Shown here piece by piece: positions 61,771 through 64,000 of a stretch of DNA of 64,000 nt. The DNA lies in contig MU057744.1 of the NCBI GenBank assembly GCA_013265495.1, forward strand, positions 3,051,370 through 3,115,369. Direction: 5' to 3'. The DNA is from Vicugna vicugna. Lineage: Eukaryota. The translations under genes and the position numbers were made by a program. The notes beneath the pieces were generated by a model that saw only the letters and a program-made list of their open reading frames with translations, was not told the origin of the DNA and did not search any database. Position 1 is the first letter of the stretch. Each line of letters starts with the position of its first letter.

Positions 61771-64000
61771 TTGGAATTAGTGTTTAATTTTTGTTTTTGT
61801 ATGTAATGAGTGAATATAGAGTCATATTCTATTAGATTTTTAGCTCATTATTGCTCTTTTTAATTATAGCAAAGAAGTAACATTGAAGTACTGAAATAGT
61901 CCCTTATCACAATAGGACATTTTAAAAAAAAAATGCTGCTTATTTTTATCTCAAGTTTTTTGTCAGGAATTCCTACAATTAAAGGCAAGAATTTAGACAA
62001 GTCAACTTTTTGGAATAGATAGATAAGGCAAGAATAAATAATAAAGCAGTATTTCAAGAATATCTGAGTTATTCCAAACAGATACTGTCACTATTGCTCC
62101 TGTTCGGTGACGGGCAAGTTCTTGTATCCTGTACCTTGGTGGCATGTGGCCGCCTTGGACAGCGTAGGCATGTGCTGTTTACAGATTACTCAGCACCAGA
62201 TTCTCACCTAGGGTTGTTCATGCAGTCTTTCCTACCTTTAGAAGGAAGTTGGCTCTAAAGTAAGCATGTATAGTCAAAGCCAAAGAGCTTTGAGTTTGAC
62301 TTTTTTTATGGCCAAGTAATTTTCAGTCTGGATCTAGAAACTGACCCTCTGCTTTACCAAAGTAAACAGATGAGTGGCTCGTGGGAAATAGCCTCCTATG
62401 ATTAATGCACAGGGGACTCACTGGGGACCTCAAAGTTACGTAAGCTGAGTTGTGGAACATGGGGGCTTCTTTTAACTTTATAAGTGTATTAAACAAAATT
62501 TTATACGCACATGTATACACAGACCCGGACACATGATGGACAGCTCATAGGTGTGATAAATTTCATAATAAAAAAGACTAGCTTTACATTAAATTCTGCT
62601 TGGAGTGAAGATGAATACTCTAAGTAATTTTCTGTAGCTTAGTCAGTTGCCACTGAGATAGTGGTTTATATCCCAAGTTCTATTTGATTTTCTTTAGTGA
62701 TATGAAGTTTCAGCCATGCAGTGAAAGATGCATTTTGATAAGAACAAGAAGATACGTACTTACATGTTAATGAAAGTGAAGAGGATTCATAAATTGTAGA
62801 TTTAAAAGTTGAAATATATTTTTAAAATACATTTTTAAAATTCAAAAAATTCCTCTCATTGGATAAATCCTTTTCCTTTTGAAATTAGACATCTTCTCTG
62901 TTGCTGAGTTTGAGATTTGAGGTGATGGATTAAGCGAAACATGGTAATTACTTACACTTTAAGAAGTAGCATCTCTTAGGTTGGAAGTTTTATAAAACTT
63001 TAAATGGGTTAGAAAACTTAGCCCTTCTGGGAAAACTGAAGCTGAATTTTTTTTCTTTTTAATGGACAAAAGCAACCTGGAAAAAAATCAAGTTTTAAAA
63101 TACAACTTCAGTATGTTGATTGCCATGATACTCATTCACTCCGTTCATTTCATCTACCCGCCTCCTGTACTTCCTGGGCCGGGTGACTTGTTGGATTCAT
63201 CTTCGCCTAGTTTTGGACAGGGCTGAAATGACTGAGGAATGGGGAGGTGCTCTGCAGTCTCTGACGACATGTCTGACAGTGTGCTTCTCTGAGATTTGCG
63301 TCTGGAGCCAAGTGATTCCTGGCCGGCTGTCTGCGCCTGAACCTTCAGCGGCTCAGGTGGCAGCCGTCCTCCAGTGAAGTGACAGACTGTGGGTCTCTAG
63401 GGCCTGGGGTCATTTTCTGAGTCTCACAAGTAATCTGAGAGAGGTAGGCCCAGCGTCAGTGTCATCTGGAGCATTTCAGCCTGAGAACTTTTAGATACTC
63501 TCTCTGTTCCTTCGGTCTAGGGGCTTGCAGGTACCTTTCCTCTGGAGTGCTGCTGCTGGGGAAGATGGTGCCAACTGACATTTTAAAATCTCTGTACCTT
63601 TTAAAGATTGTTAGACTACTTCTTGGCGGATTAACTGCTGAGTAATTTCTTTCTTAATTTATGACTGTATGAGTTAATTTCATTAATGACTTTATTTGCA
63701 ATCAGCATGCCCTATTTAACGGACAATATTTTATTAGAAAAATTTGATAATATATTTCTAAAGTTAGGATGAAACATCTATCTCATTAGGTCATTTATGG
63801 GTTGAGTTACGCTGGCTTTTATGTTAGGAAGAACTAGATGAGCTATCCGAAATTTAATCAGCTGACATTTTAAATATCCGTATGGTTGTATGGTCCAGAT
63901 AATATAAACAAGTGAGGAATTATTGTCACGTTCAAAGGTTTTCAGGCAAGAAGACTTTTCTGTATCTTGAGATCCAGATATATTCAAAATCCAGTCAAGC

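Noticed and set aside
2039..63987. The remaining ORF-track entries as genes
   Set aside because: They are short, scattered, often inside repeats and show no recognisable domains. Intron-less bacterial-style ORF calling is not meaningful for mammalian intronic DNA.
1..64000. CRISPR arrays, operons, prokaryotic defence systems, rRNA
   Set aside because: No regularly spaced repeat-spacer array and no gene-dense region; the repeat content shows the sequence is mammalian.

Overview
This is eukaryotic, not prokaryotic, DNA: 64 kb of placental-mammal genome, most likely a camelid (alpaca/llama/camel), judged from the tRNA-derived SINE (GGGGAGGGTATAGCTCAGTGGTAGAG...CCTGGGTTCAATCCCCAG) and the L1 3' ends. 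The window opens with a ~1.3 kb CpG island (~490-1800). It is bounded by two oppositely oriented 5' splice donors, which suggests a bidirectional promoter. The remaining ~62 kb looks like intronic or lncRNA-type sequence, with no protein-coding exon that I can recognise; the listed ORFs appear to be chance ORFs. It is full of interspersed repeats (L1, L2, L3, MIR, MaLR/ERVL LTRs, hAT MITEs, lineage SINEs) and has several repeat-free, homeobox-motif-dense blocks that resemble conserved developmental enhancers. Four observations stand out: (1) a chimeric SINE + unique sequence + A-rich tail insertion that splits a MER58B (9406-9802); (2) a ~710 bp internally deleted L1 that keeps both termini and a small ORF2 piece (18241-18949); (3) a ~50 bp L1 insertion with an 18 bp target-site duplication (TSD); (4) a probable ancient RTE-clade LINE fossil (~44405-44635). 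Repeat subfamily names come from my recall of consensus sequences, not from a database search, and boundaries of old repeats are approximate. I could not identify the host gene.
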